A stretch of 63,312 nucleotides of DNA, the filler included, from Guillardia theta CCMP2712 (lineage: Eukaryota; Protista; Cryptophyta): NCBI RefSeq assembly GCF_000315625.1. It is 3 parts of 3 records of this genome, joined end to end, with 100 filler letters (N's around TTAATTAATTAA, not from the genome) between each part and the next. Parts side by side here need not be neighbours in the genome. Positions count along the whole stretch, not along the records: positions 32,523 to 63,312 come from NW_005434387.1; 2 more parts are not named here. One strand, 5' to 3'. Positions within the stretch are counted from its first letter, which is position 1. Every line of letters begins with the position of its first letter. The notes beneath the pieces are model-generated. The model ran no database searches. It was given only the letters and a program-made list of their open reading frames with translations, and was not told the DNA's origin. Shown here one piece after another: positions 47,380 to 59,959 of this stretch. A program made the position numbers and the translations under genes.

Positions 47380-49036
47380 GTCTGGAAGAGTAATCCCTTT
47401 GGATAATTATTGCACGGTATATTGAGAAGTATCGTTCTCCTCAGATTCAGCGTTGAGATACAATCACGTCGAGTTACGTATGCTTAAGATGTATCCATGG
47501 TTGTGGTTATGGCAGTAAGAGACAGTTTTGATTCTTCTCTTGCTCTTGCTCGATTTGTCGGGTTGTCTCAATTTTTTTGATTTCATCTCGAAGGATCATG
47601 GTCTTGAGATCAAACATGTGATGTGCTGATAAAGTATCAAGAGATTGAGCTCGTACAAGACACTCTCACCTTGCGTTGCGACATCCAGCAGATTGCTTAA
47701 TTCCTCCCTTTGTGACATGTTGTTCTTTGCCATGATTGAAGTGAAGTAGAGTGAGATTTCGTCAAGCGCCTCTTCATCAGCTTCAATTCTTTCTAATCGC
47801 GTGTTTGTGTCACGGAGATTAAAGCTAGAGAGTTCCTTCAGATTGCAGTCCTGGCAGCTTTTCACTCACGCGCATAGAAGGATCAACATACACCACCGTC
47901 TCCTCCAACAGGCATTTGCGAGCAATTGAAATCTTCTCTTTCAAAGATCTGATGTTCTTTCCAAACATCAACACAGTCATGTTGTCCTCTCATTTATTCA
48001 CCTGTCGAGTGAGATGAAACTGAGCGATGATGCTGTAGTCTCGTAGTAAGATCTCTTCTACCCCTCTCATCACCTGCTGCCTTTTCACAACCTCACATCT
48101 CCAAGAATTCTCTACAGACCTCAGTCAAGTCTTCCATGTTTGTCTTCTCTTTATCCGCTATGATTGTCAATATCCTGAAGATCTTCGACACACGCCTCAT
48201 CTTCAGCAAGTGAGATCAAACGTGTCTTGTTGAAACTCATCAAACCTTGGCGACAGGGAATCTGACTAGTTCTGCTTCAAAGCTCGAAGCGCTGTGATCA
48301 TGGTTTCTCCGTTCTATCAGGAGCTGCAGACATCATGTGACCATAAGGAACTATTATCTACTTCCCGCCTCTACCTTGACTTTCTCTCCAGGAACGTCTG
48401 AGCTACACAGATGTCGTTGGACATCGTTGTATGAGTGCACACTTTGATGATTGATCTGCAACATGTGTAAAGATGTTTGGTGAAGTAGGTGCCGGTGAAA
48501 GTCGTCAGTACGTACCCTCTTCCTCCTCTTCCTCCCCTCCCTCGCCTCCCTCTCCTCCCTCCCCTCCCGCTGTTCCTCGCACTTCTCTCTGCGTCCCTCT
48601 CCTCCTATCTTCTCCTCTCCCTCACCTCAACGATCTTGTCTGAACTCTGCAGTCGAGCGAGAAACGCCTGCGAGCACTGAGCAACATCCGATGTACTGCA
48701 TCCTCGTCAAGGATCCTTACCGGCCCACCAGGGATGATGCTCTCTATCTCCTTGCAGCAGCCTCCGTCAGCCCCTTCGACATCTTCATCCCCTAACTTAC
48801 CGTGTCAGTGACAACCATCCCCAACGTCGTCTTCGGCATATTTGGCTCGAAAGATCCTTCAGAGCGATCGTCTCCGAACAGTGCGAACTGGCGTCACTGA
48901 GGTCAGCGAGGGCTGGAGCAGGGAGGGCTGCAAGCCAACGGCAGTCTACCTCCATGCTCGAGAACATGTCGCTATCCTCCTCCATTCTCTCTGCCGCTTC
49001 CTCCGCTTCTTTCATGGCCGCTGCCGCCCTGAGCAT
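47380..49036 (-). CDS. Multi-exon hypothetical protein
   Basis: ATG 49036, short exons with GT-AG signatures; coiled-coil-like segments. Confidence 0.4.
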
Positions 49037-49194
49037 GGTTTGCGGGATGAAACGGTAAACTTTATAACGTTATGAGTATTATGAGATCTCAAATTATAAA
49101 ACCTCGTACTAAAACAGTTGAGTAAAACTTTCATCATGGCGGGGCGCATTAGCGAGAGGGAGGAGGGGGAGGAGGAGACGGGGGCACACACTTG

Positions 49195-49320
49195 CAGCAT
49201 GCTGTGATATGCTGTGATATGCTGTGATATGTGTTGATATGTGTTGATATGTGTTGATATGTGTTGATATGTGTTGATATGTGTTGATACGTGTTGATAT
49301 GTTTTGATATGTGTTGATGT
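49195..49320. repeat. 10-bp minisatellite (atgtgttgat)n
   Basis: Direct reading. Confidence 0.9.
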
Positions 49321-49576
49321 GGTATGGTCTTCGGTGATTCATAAGGTAATGACATGTCGCAACATGCTATGATACATTTTTTACATCATAAGTGTTGATG
49401 AAATTGGATGGAATAGGATTGAATATGAAGAGATAGGATTTAACTTTTTTTCAAGGTTGCATAGTTTGACATCTTTTTCTTTCAGCTGTAGGTGTAGCAA
49501 CATGCGTGGATTTGGTGGGAGCATCGAGGCAGCCATACAGCCACTGTGACTGCCGTGAATCCTCCTGCATTCAGCG

Positions 49577-51705
49577 ATGACCGTCGCCTGGTCCTCTACC
49601 ATGACCTGCACGTTCGGGGGTGTCACGTGGTTGAGCAGCAGGGGAATTTTGCTTTTGGTCCTGCTCCTGCATATCAGGGCGACGTATGAGATAACTCCGC
49701 TATCATCCGCACCATCTCGCTTGCATGCTCAATGCATGGAGTTCAGGGGCCCTGCCTCCTACCACCCAGCCTTGTGTCTGCGAGGCGGGAAGTCTCGGCC
49801 GGGAAAGAGAAGGAAGAGCAGGAAGGGAGAGGAGGAGGAAAAGAAAGGGGAGTCTTCCGAGCTCGAATCGGAGGCGCTGCGTTCGGACTATCCCACCTCT
49901 CAATGCGAACTTTCCAGCATTCCTGAAGACGCTTACAAGGACATATCGGACTCCAAGATGTCCAGCGTGGACTCTCAGGCTGACGAGATGCAGGAGGAGG
50001 GAGAGGGCGAGGAGGAGCCGGAATCGGAGAAGGAGGAGTCTGAGGACGTGGAGAGATCAAGTGAGGATGTTAGGGAGGAGGGTGTGATGGGAGAGGGAGA
50101 GGGCCAAGTTCCTGGGGATGCCTTGATGACAGTAGACAAGTCTGAACGAGACCTGTTGCAAGAGGAGCTGCTGAACGCGAGCAGGGTCGGCGACTGCAGG
50201 CTGATCCGATCGCTGATCTCTCAGGGGGCGGACCCCAACGGCAAGACGAAGGACAACGTCGAGCACGGTTGCATCCACCTAGCTGTGAAGGGAGGGCACC
50301 TAGAGGCGCTGGAGACTCTGACGTCCTTGGGAGCTGACGTCAGCATGGAGTGCGGTACGGGAGATACTGTCCTTCACCTCGCGTCCCAGCACGGACATGC
50401 CAAGATCGTAGCTAAACTCCTTCAAGACGGCTTCCCTGTCGACGCCCATGGGTTCGGGAACCGAACGGCTGTCTTCGATGCCTCCGTCAAGGGGCATGCG
50501 GACGTGTTTGCCCTACTGGTTGAGCATGGAGCTGACGTGAACGCGTCTGATATGTGGAGCTCGACTAGCCTGCATGAAGCTGCCCGCTTCGGCCGATGCG
50601 ACATGATCCAGTGCCTGGTGGACGCTGGTGCTGACCTGGAGGCAAGGGACTGGGGCTCGAGGACTCCCTTACATGTGGCAGCCGAGCATGGCGAGACTGA
50701 GGCGTGTGATCTCTTCCTGGAGCTCGGGGCGTCGCTGGAAGCGCGAGCGGAGAACGACTTCAACGCTCTTGAGTGGGCGGAGTGGCGAGGGTTCAAGGAG
50801 ACGGCACAGCTGCTGCGGAAAGCGTACGGGATCATGGAGGATAGCGACGAGATGGAGGTTGAAGGCGAATTCGGTGAAGTTGCCGCATGCGAGTTTGTGT
50901 GTTGTATCGTGACGTCCGCATGCTGTGTTTCAGACGGGAACGTGACTGCGCTGGTGGAGAGGCAGAGGAAGTCCAACGCCATCGTGACGACCGAGGAGAG
51001 CAGCATAAGGAATCTGCTGGTGTCGAGGAAGGACTGGTTGAGCGAGAGCCGACGGGTGCTGATCAAAGTAAGGATGCTCTCCTCCAGTCCCTCTCGTATT
51101 TTTCTAGGATGAAGGTGATGATGATGCTTTCGCAGACGGGAAAGAAGAAGGGTCTTGCATTGTACACGGACATGGCTGGGAGGCTGGTTTCGAACGATCA
51201 GGTTGAAGAGAGTGTGTACAGGATGATGATTATTGCGAGGAATGAGATGATGATGATGATGATGGAGATGATGATGATGATGATGATGATGGAGATAATG
51301 ATGGATGATGATGATGGAGATGATGATGATGGAGATGATGATGATGGAGATGATGACGATGATGAGATGATGAAGATGATGTTGATGGAGATGATGGAGA
51401 TGATGATGATGATAGAGATGATGATGATGATGGAGATGTTGGTGTTGGAGATGATGGAGATGATGATGATGGAGGGTTTGGAGACAGCGAGCTCGTCGCT
51501 CACCTACAAGCAGGACATGGGGCCGGCCATTGGAAGACCGTCGAACGCGGGTGTGAGTCATCTCAAGAACAAGCAGGTAAGCAGCAAACATGTTCATTTA
51601 GCAGCCTCACACCTCGATCAGTGCCGAGCAGTTGACTGCACAAGGACCGCCTACTTCGGTGACCCACATGATAGCATCAGAAGGTTCTGTCGCATACACA
51701 GGTGA
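49577..51705 (+). CDS. Ankyrin-repeat protein with N-terminal signal peptide and LRGG motif
   Basis: About 6 ANK repeats (GDTVLHLASQHGH, RTAVFDASVKGH, TSLHEAARFGR, RTPLHVAAEHGE); hydrophobic GILLLVLLLHIRA; CLRGG; spliced 3' end uncertain. Confidence 0.85.
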
Positions 51706-52116
51706 GAGGAAACGAACATGTTTGTTCGACATGTCTTGAACTTGTCTTTACTTGTCTCTTATTTGCCCATTACTTGTCTCTTACTTGTTGTGGTTTCGCA
51801 CAGACGTGAAACAGACATCGACGTCTATTATAAGGCTCCTGCTGTCCCGCATTTCGGCAAGAAAGTTCCACTGCCATGGCAGCTCAACTAAGGAAATCGA
51901 CGAGCTAGAGGACGAGGAGAACAGGGAGGAGAGGAGAATTCGGAGAGGAAGAGGAAGAAAGTGGGGAGAGGGGGAGGGGGAGCGGATGGAGGGTTTGAGC
52001 TGATGACAAACAGGGATGATGTTTGCTTGAACATAAAGCGTAGCACTCCTACTTCGGTTCTTGTTGTTTGCATTCGTGATACACGAGTCAGATTGAAGGG
52101 GATGGAGTTAAAACAT

Positions 52117-54267
52117 TCATGACATTTGAAGAAGAATATTCTTGTGTGAACATCTACAATATTTACGACGATAGGAAAGGAACCTTGAGCAGAAACCCTT
52201 ACGACGACGGCGAGGAAACGACGGGGGAGGAGAGGAGGGCAACGAACTTGTTCGGAGAGTTGGTGAAACCCTCTTCCTCATACAACTTGATCTTGTCATT
52301 CCCTCCGTTCCTCCACTTCTGCCTCCCCCGCCGAGCATGTCCCTCCCATCCTTCCTCTCCGTCGAGCGCGACTGCTCGAACCAGGCGCCGAGGAGGAGGA
52401 GGAGGACGATAGGTGCAAGCAACGAGCCCATGAAGCTGAGAGACCAGCGCAGGTCTGCCACGTCACGGATGGAACCGACGAGGATGGGGCCGGAAAAACT
52501 TCCTAGCTGAGCGAACATGTACTTGACTGCAAACAAGGAGAGTGAGTTGAAGAGCATCGAACAAGAAGAGTCAGGAAGAGAACAAGGAGGGAGGAGGGCT
52601 GGAGGAGGGCGAAAGGGATAGGGACAGAGGAAGAGGAATTGGCGGAGGAGAAGAAGGAGGAGGATGTAAAGGAGAATGAGGAAGTGAGGGAGGATGTGAA
52701 GGAGGTGTGAAGGAGGAGATGAAGGAGATGAAGGAGATGAAGGAGGAGGAGGAGGACCAGGAGGAGGAGGAGGAGGAGGAGGAGGAGGAGGAGGAGGACC
52801 AGGAGAAGGAGGAGCTTCACCTGCTATGGCCTGGTCACGGTATTCGCTGGGGATGCCCGAGAAGAGCGCGACGCCGCTGAGAGGAGACTCGGAGAAGTTG
52901 TAGATCAGGAGCCCTCCTGACAGACAGGCGATGGCGACTAGCTGGCTCGGTGACCAGAGGGAGGAGAGGAGGAGGGGCATGGCGAGGACGCATACAGTAG
53001 CTGAGAACATGCTCGAGATGTAGGCTCGCCTCTCGTCGCTCTCCTCGCTATGATAAGCCTCCTGCTGCTGACTCGCGCACAGCCGATCGAGCAGCTTCCC
53101 GCCCATGATGACGCCGACGACCCCGTTGAAGAGGAACATGACTGTACAGAGCTTCCCGCTGTCGCTCTGCCGCATCCCAAGGTGAGACATGAGGAACGAG
53201 GGCGTCCAGAACAGGAAGGACTCAAGCGCCATGCGGTGGAGGCCGGAGACAACCGTGAAGCAGGGGAAGGAGGGATGCTTGCATACGTTGACGGCGACGT
53301 TGGCCGAGCTTAGCCGCGAGATCTCCCGCTCCTTCTGCGGTCTGTGGATGAATCTTGACTCGTTGTAGAGCCCAAAGACGACGGCAGGCATGGCCAGCAG
53401 GCCGATGGCGCTGAAGGCGAACGAAGCCTGTTGCCAGTCCTTCATCTCCCCAGCGATGAGGTTGCCGAGGGAGAAGCCGATGATGGAGCTTGTGAGGTAG
53501 ATGGCTGTGAAGGTGGACGAGCTTCCGGCCGGAGCAGCGTCGTCCACCAGCCCCGGCCCGAGCGTGTAGAGCGCGGAGAACCCAAGACCGTTGATGAACC
53601 TCAAGAAGAGCAGCAGTGAGTAACTAGGAGCTATCAGAGTGAAAACTTTCCCCATCTGGGCAACTGCGAACAATGAATACAGGAGGAACACAACTCGGAC
53701 CTTTCTCGTCGTTGTCTTGCAGGCAAACTGCGCAATGAAAGGTGAGATCAGCGCATTGATACTTCCTATCGACCCCACGAGCCCTTGAACGGCGCCGGGC
53801 GCTTTGCCGAAATGCTGTTCGACATGTTGCATCAGTTGACTCATGAAACTCCAACTCGTGAAGAAGAGGCAGAAGCTCCAGGAGAGCACGAACAGCTGAA
53901 GGTAAGGACTTATCCTTTGCTTGTCCCTGGGCTCGCCTGCTCTCACCAGGCTTTCAGGGTCGACCGATGGCTCCTTATCGGCGCGGTGGTCGAAGAGGAC
54001 GACGGGCGAGGGCTTGGGGAAGAGCTGAACGTTCATCTCCTGGAACGGTGAGGGAGGGATAGCATCAAGGCCGTCCTCGCAAAAGTCGAGGTTAACATAG
54101 TGAGAGGCTCTACCTCCCAGCAGGTCTAACACTGGAGGAGGAGCCTGTGGGTACAGCGGGTGGGGACTTGACTTGGGCTGGTCCCTTGTTTCCTCTGCAT
54201 GCCTTTCAGAGCTCACGCGGTGGTTCTGTTGTACTGCCTCAGCAGCTATCAGGCCTCCCTGGTCCAT
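52117..54267 (-). CDS. MFS transporter (Spinster-like)
   Basis: About 12 hydrophobic helices; FLRFINGLGFSALYTLGPGLVDDAAP; microsatellite intron ~52531-52820 read through in frame. Confidence 0.8.
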   Translation of the reverse strand: MDQGGLIAAEAVQQNHRVSSERHAEETRDQPKSSPHPLYPQAPPPVLDLLGGRASHYVNLDFCEDGLDAIPPSPFQEMNVQLFPKPSPVVLFDHRADKEPSVDPESLVRAGEPRDKQRISPYLQLFVLSWSFCLFFTSWSFMSQLMQHVEQHFGKAPGAVQGLVGSIGSINALISPFIAQFACKTTTRKVRVVFLLYSLFAVAQMGKVFTLIAPSYSLLLFLRFINGLGFSALYTLGPGLVDDAAPAGSSSTFTAIYLTSSIIGFSLGNLIAGEMKDWQQASFAFSAIGLLAMPAVVFGLYNESRFIHRPQKEREISRLSSANVAVNVCKHPSFPCFTVVSGLHRMALESFLFWTPSFLMSHLGMRQSDSGKLCTVMFLFNGVVGVIMGGKLLDRLCASQQQEAYHSEESDERRAYISSMFSATVCVLAMPLLLSSLWSPSQLVAIACLSGGLLIYNFSESPLSGVALFSGIPSEYRDQAIAGEAPPSPGPPPPPPPPPPPPPGPPPPPSSPSSPSSPPSHLLHILPHFLILLYILLLLLLRQFLFLCPYPFRPPPALLPPCSLPDSSCSMLFNSLSLFAVKYMFAQLGSFSGPILVGSIRDVADLRWSLSFMGSLLAPIVLLLLLGAWFEQSRSTERKDGRDMLGGGGRSGGTEGMTRSSCMRKRVSPTLRTSSLPSSPPPSFPRRRRKGFCSRFLSYRRKYCRCSHKNILLQMS

Positions 54268-56577
54268 GGCTCGTTTTGTCTTGTTATATGGGAAAAAGTC
54301 TTGGAAACAGAAATCCTCCTTCAGTCAGTTCGGTTTGTTCGCTTGCAAGGTGTAGGATAGATTCCGTTGATCTTGTTTTCCGAGGTTGTATTAAAAATAC
54401 GTGCTAACACTCAGAGAGTGGGAATATGGCAGTGCAGCTCGATGTAGTTCAAACAAGTAGCAGAGAAAGCAGGAGGTCGATGGAGGGTGAAGAAGGATGG
54501 ATAGAGCGGGGACGAAGAAGTGAAGCAACGGGATAGAAGCAGAGCCGAGAGACTAGGGAGGACAAGGTACAGGTCCAGGATGAGACGGAGGAAGGGAGGG
54601 AGGGAGGGAGGGAGGGAGGGAGGGAGGGAGGGAGGGGGAGGGAGCACGACTGGAGGAAGTTGGGGAAGGAAACAGGTCGAGAATGAGTGGAAGGATCTTT
54701 TTATTGGGTGCAGAATGGGGGCCGATCACGGGGGTGGGGGTAGTACTTAAAAGATAGAGTGGAGGGTGGTCAACTCCGGGGGGTGTTGGAATAAGGGGGT
54801 GGTCCTGGATGCTGAGGACGCAAGAGGGAAGGGTGGGGGTAAATGTGCTGCAAAGATGGGGTGATGAAAAGAATTCTTTGGGCATGGTGGGGTATCAAGA
54901 TTCGGGGGATGGAAAAACTCTCCAAGGGGGTGGGTGGTACCACATAAACACGTTTGTGTTGGTGGGGTGGTGCTATGTCCACATTGTGGTTAATGGACCA
55001 GGGGTGATAGTATATAATCCAGGGGTGGGGGTACAGAATTTGACAGTGGCTTGTGTTGCCGAGTGGGGTGAAATACGGTTGAAGGTAGGGGTACAATCTG
55101 TAGAATACTGGTGAGGGTGGTGGAATTGCCGTGTCTTGAGGGTGGGGTGGACAGGAGCACTTTTCTAGCAGAGAAGGAAAAGAAACTCGGAGAAAAGAAC
55201 TCCATCTCGGGGGGTAGGGTGGCTGACCCTACCCTTCTGTAAACCTAACATCGATGTCTGAGATGAGGTAGGGTGTCGTACCCCACTATACCCAATCCAG
55301 CAGGCGCTTCCAGTTCCAACACGCCGTCACCCACCCACCCCCCTTCTGTTTTTTAATTGAGTACTACTGTACCCCTACATTAAATAACGATATCCACCGG
55401 TGTAGATCATGGCAGAACCCCTGAGTACACCATGGAATTCCATCACCACCGGTAGTCTCAATTCTTTTTTCCCCACACTTCATACGCCCTTCCCCCACCT
55501 TTAACAAACCCGCTCCCCCGAGCTAAACCCCCCCCACCCCCACCCCATCCATGACAAGGGTGAATCGCTGACCCCACCGGTCCAGGAACTTTGAAAAAGG
55601 TCGCTGATCCGACTCTGTTGACGACCCCCCCTTCTCCCCACATCTCCAGCTTTCCGAGTGGCCCTTTTGATAGTCGTATCCCTACAGATTCCCCCGAACT
55701 AACACCTGAAACTAAACGGATTGAGTTGGTGCCGGCCGTGACGGTCACTGAGCGGCCCGGCGCCGGGGCCGGGCCAGTGACTCTCAGTGACCGTACCGTC
55801 GGGCCCGACTCCCGCCCCCGGCCGCCGGGGGCCGGATGCCGCCGTCGGAGTGACCGACTCTGTTTGCCGCAAAGACTCTTCCTGAATGGTGACATCCATC
55901 TGCTGTCACATATTTTTGGCATCATGTAAGTGGATAGGAGGAACTACAGAGCTTGCTCCGAAGCCTTGTGAACTTGAAGGAGGATCATCCGAGGTCCCTG
56001 CGGAGGCTGCCAGTGGACTCGAACTTGGAATGCCGGGCGGCCACGTAATGAAGTTGATGCACTGCCGCAACAAGATGTTGAAAATTTACAGATGGGTGAG
56101 GAGGACGAGGAGTGTAAGGAGGAAGTTTCGAAAGTTGAAAGAGACTGTTTTGTTCGACGAGGCCGTGAAAGAGAAAACATTCTAGGTGCTGAAACCAAGG
56201 ACATGCAGGATCAAAAGTTTGGTCAGGGGGCCCACAGAGGTGGCTCGACTTTCCATGTCTGCAATGAAAACAAAGTTACAGGGAATGCTCCGACAAGGCA
56301 CCTCCACTGATCACACATGAAGGTGTGGTGTAGTGAGTTTACTAGCGATGCTCGATCAGCGTGGCATACAACATGAGGGGCAGACCCATCTAGCTGAAGA
56401 GGCAGATCCTATATGCTTCAAGCGCGCAGTCCTTTGAGAGTCCTTCGCCTGACTTTGTTGACGCTCCACGCTAAGCCTAGCCTTGAGTGCTGTCCCTTAC
56501 CTGAGGCAGGTCCAATGTGAGTTGATCTCGCTGTTGTAGGGCTCTGATAAGAGGCTTTTCAACACCTTGACTCAAGG

Positions 56578-57378
56578 TTATTTCATTATGCCGTTTCCTG
56601 TCTGTACTACTGTCGCTTCCAGTGGCGTTTGCATCATTTGTTTGACCACAGGTTTCAGGCAGTTTTGAAGCTCCTTATTCGTGGCAAGTTCATTCTTTAA
56701 GACTGCCTTGAAGGCTTGACTGCTGAGAATGCCTTGAAAGAACGTAAGGCTATCGTATTTCGAGGTTTTACACTTCTTCTGCTTTCGCCCCTCGTCCGCT
56801 TCCTGTCCAGAGGCATCCTCACTCTGGAGCTGAAATAGATCAGCAAAATGTCCCCATTTCACTCGACAATTGGCCTTGTGTGATCCAAAGTGCCGATCTA
56901 CCTTCTTCGTGACCACATCTAGAAGGTCCTCATCAGTGTCACCCTGGATCTTCTTCAGAATCGCTGTTTTCACTTTTGGATCTTTGATAGAATCGTAACA
57001 AGCCGGAATTGGTTCATCGGGGTCAGGGGAAATAATCCCTTCGCGTTTGGCTTCATCCAAATGATGACTAAAACCTCTCTGCTCCTCAGACTCTTGTAAG
57101 ATTCGAAGCAACAACTCAGGAGATCTACCTGCATCCCAGGTGTCACAAAGATTTGAATTTTACAAATGATCTCTTTACAAACCTATGGCCTTCAGGCAAG
57201 CATTGACATTAGGTTGTCCCTGCCATTTTCCTTGTTTATAGAGTAAGCCAGCTTGTCTTGCCAGAGACTCCCAGGTGAGCAATTCATCGTCTTCCAGGGT
57301 GATGGTTTGTTTTCGACGTCTGGCCGAACTTGCTTGCAATGGTGGGGATGTCTGATCTGATGTCTTTGGTTCCAACAT
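56578..57378 (-). CDS. Hypothetical spliced protein
   Basis: Two open segments (57175-57378, 56578-57114) separated by an intron-like GT-AG stretch ~57130-57182. Confidence 0.4.
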
Positions 57379-57803
57379 GCTAATAGTTGATCAAATGTCT
57401 GTGTTCGAAACTTATCAGCAGATTTCAAGTTCTCAACCTGTGCAACCTGTGGCAACTTGCCTGTCCCGGGGAAAAATTTGAATTCAAATCCCTCGGGGGA
57501 CCACCCTGCCCCCTATTTGTCACAGCACTAATGGAGAACGACCCGGTGGTATAATATCCGAGGCTGTGCCAAAATACTAAGCTACTACTACTACTACTAC
57601 TGCTACGGGAGGCTGAATACTGTACTGCTACTACTAAGCTACTACTACTGCTACCGTACTGCTACTGCGGCTACTACTACTACTAAGCTACTACTACCTG
57701 ACTCAGTACTACGAGTCCGAGTCACTCAGTAGTACTACAGTGACTCAGCCTCACTACCGTAGGCACCCTTTCGGCGGCGTTGATAATCCTGATGGTTCGT
57801 AGC

Positions 57804-57871
57804 TTTTACTCAAAGTTAAGTGAAAAATCAGTACGAGGACAATCAGGAGAGTCGAGGAGGCTTGACCCTGA
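57804..57871 (-). repeat. Cleanest 68-bp copy of the dispersed repeat
   Basis: Reverse complement = tcagggtcaagcctcctcgactctcctgattgtcctcgtactgatttttcacttaactttgagtaaaa. Confidence 0.9.
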
Positions 57872-58422
57872 CACTGTCGCACAGGCCAAACGGCGAGAAG
57901 AGAAAAGACAGCGAGAACCAGTGTGAAATTCCGAAAATACTGAGGCGAGGCCACCTTCATTGGGCCGACTACACTGTACCGTGTTTCGGGCCGCCGGCTG
58001 CGGCCGCGGCCCATGCGGCCCACGGACCGTGGCCCGGCCCGGGCCGCTGCCGGGCGGCCGCCCGGAGTCGGACGGTCCCCGGCGGAGCCCGCGGGCCCCG
58101 CCGTCTGATGCCGTCGCACTCCTGGCAGAGTGTGAAAGCTGACTACTGTCGGAGCGGCCCTCCGGGCGCCGAGCCTGGGGCCTCCCGGAGTCCGGGCATC
58201 CGAAGTTCGCCCGGGCCATGGCACCGCCGGCCGGTGGCCCGGCCGGGCCGGCGAGTGACTATAATAATCAGTCACTGCCACTGAGAATTTTGGGTATAAG
58301 AACTTGGGGGGTCCAACTGACGGAGGGTAGGGAGAGTACGTATGTGTACCGTTGACTTGGGTCCTAAGGGGTAGGGGTATACATGAAGGGGGTGGGGGTG
58401 GGTTTATAACACAACGGCGTTC

Positions 58423-59704
58423 ATGGCATGGTGGGAGGCAGTCGGCATGCTGGTCGGGCTGAAGTTGAGGAAGATGCAGAGGGAGTTGAGGAAGGCGAAG
58501 ATGAGGATAGAAGAACTAGAACAGTGCCCTGCCCTCCCTTCTCCTCCTCCCCCTTCTCCTTTCCCGTCCTTCTCCACAGCTCTGCACCTGTCCTGCCAAT
58601 CTTCGAGGCTAGAGTTCATGAGTGCTAAGGAGGACTCCAACCCGGCCATGCAGATTCTCTCTCCTCCCTCATGTCTTCTAGGAGAAAGTCTCACTCTGTC
58701 TCTCTTGCCTTGCGATGATCACAGCTGCAAGATGTCAGATAGCTTCGTCAGCGCTAAGAAAGGAGGGCAGGTTGAAGAGAAGTTGAAACTACACATCATT
58801 CTTGAACCGATCATCAGACATATCGAGAGCCATGTGGAAAACATGGTTTCGTTATGCACCAAAGCGAAACATGCCTACCAAGAGCAGCTCCAACTCATCC
58901 AACAGCAATCAGCCCATCTTGAAAGAACCTGCACCCAACTCAGTGTCGAGCGCGATCGAGCGATCAGCGAGAGGAATGCTCTGGAGGCTGAGATGATGGA
59001 GCAGAGCAAGCTCATCCACGAGCTCGAGCTGCTAAGTTGCGACGCCATTCCAGAGCTTCGTGCCGCTCAGCTGAAGCTCGAGGAGCAGCTGGCGGAAAAG
59101 GAGTATATGTTGGAGGCGTTGAGGAGAGCAGAGGGAGAAAGGATCCAGTCGACGTTTCCTAGCACACCGACTGCCGACAGCTCAAAGTTCAGGGAGGAAG
59201 CGATGATGCACGGGCTGAAGATGGTGGAGGAAGAGAGTGAGTGACATGTTCGAGTTGCGATTCGCCATGACATGACCGTGGGCAGGGCGGCGGAACTCTG
59301 TGGAAAGAAACACGTACCTTAGGAAGATTCGCTTCCTCGAAAGCGAGCTCCAGGAGGCTGAAGGGCAGCTGGACATCAAGGTGAAGCGAGCCCGACGTCT
59401 AGAGCGTCCCTGTGTCTCACACTTGGCTTGCCTGCAGGTCAAGGAGTGCGACGAGTGGAGGGAGGCAGCGGAAGAGTTGTCAAGGGAGGTGACGAGGGAG
59501 CAGAGCTGCAAGGAGCAGCTGAGCGAGGAGATGCTTGAGCTCAAGCAGGACCGTGACCTCCTGGTTATCCGTGAAGAAGCTCAGAGTGAGATGGTACAGG
59601 ACCTGCTGAGGATGTTGAGAGCAGTTGCGCCTCCTCCTCCGGTAGCAAGGAGACGCTCGCGCATTCCCTGGTGGCCTACGAAGTCGCGCAGCTGCGTTGG
59701 GTGA
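58423..59704 (+). CDS. Multi-exon coiled-coil protein
   Basis: E/Q/L-rich heptad segments in ORFs 58423-59244 and 59300-59704; GT-AG introns. Confidence 0.6.
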
Positions 59705-59959
59705 TTTTGTTTGGTGTTGATGTGCGATGTTTGTGTACAGTACAAGGAAGTTAAGCTCACGTGCTTCGGTTTCAACTGCACATGTTTTCACACACAAACT
59801 CTCTCTCTCTCTCTCTCTCTCTCCCCCCCCCCCCCCCTCGCCCCTCCTCAAACCTGTCTCCGTCTCCGTCTCTGTTTCTGTCTTTTCTTCCTCATCTCCT
59901 TCTTATTCATCATCTCCATCATCATCTCAATCTCCATCATCATCGTCATCATCGCCTTG

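Noticed and set aside
50422-51597. 391-aa His-rich antisense ORF
   Set aside because: Antisense shadow of the ankyrin gene and an (ATG)n repeat
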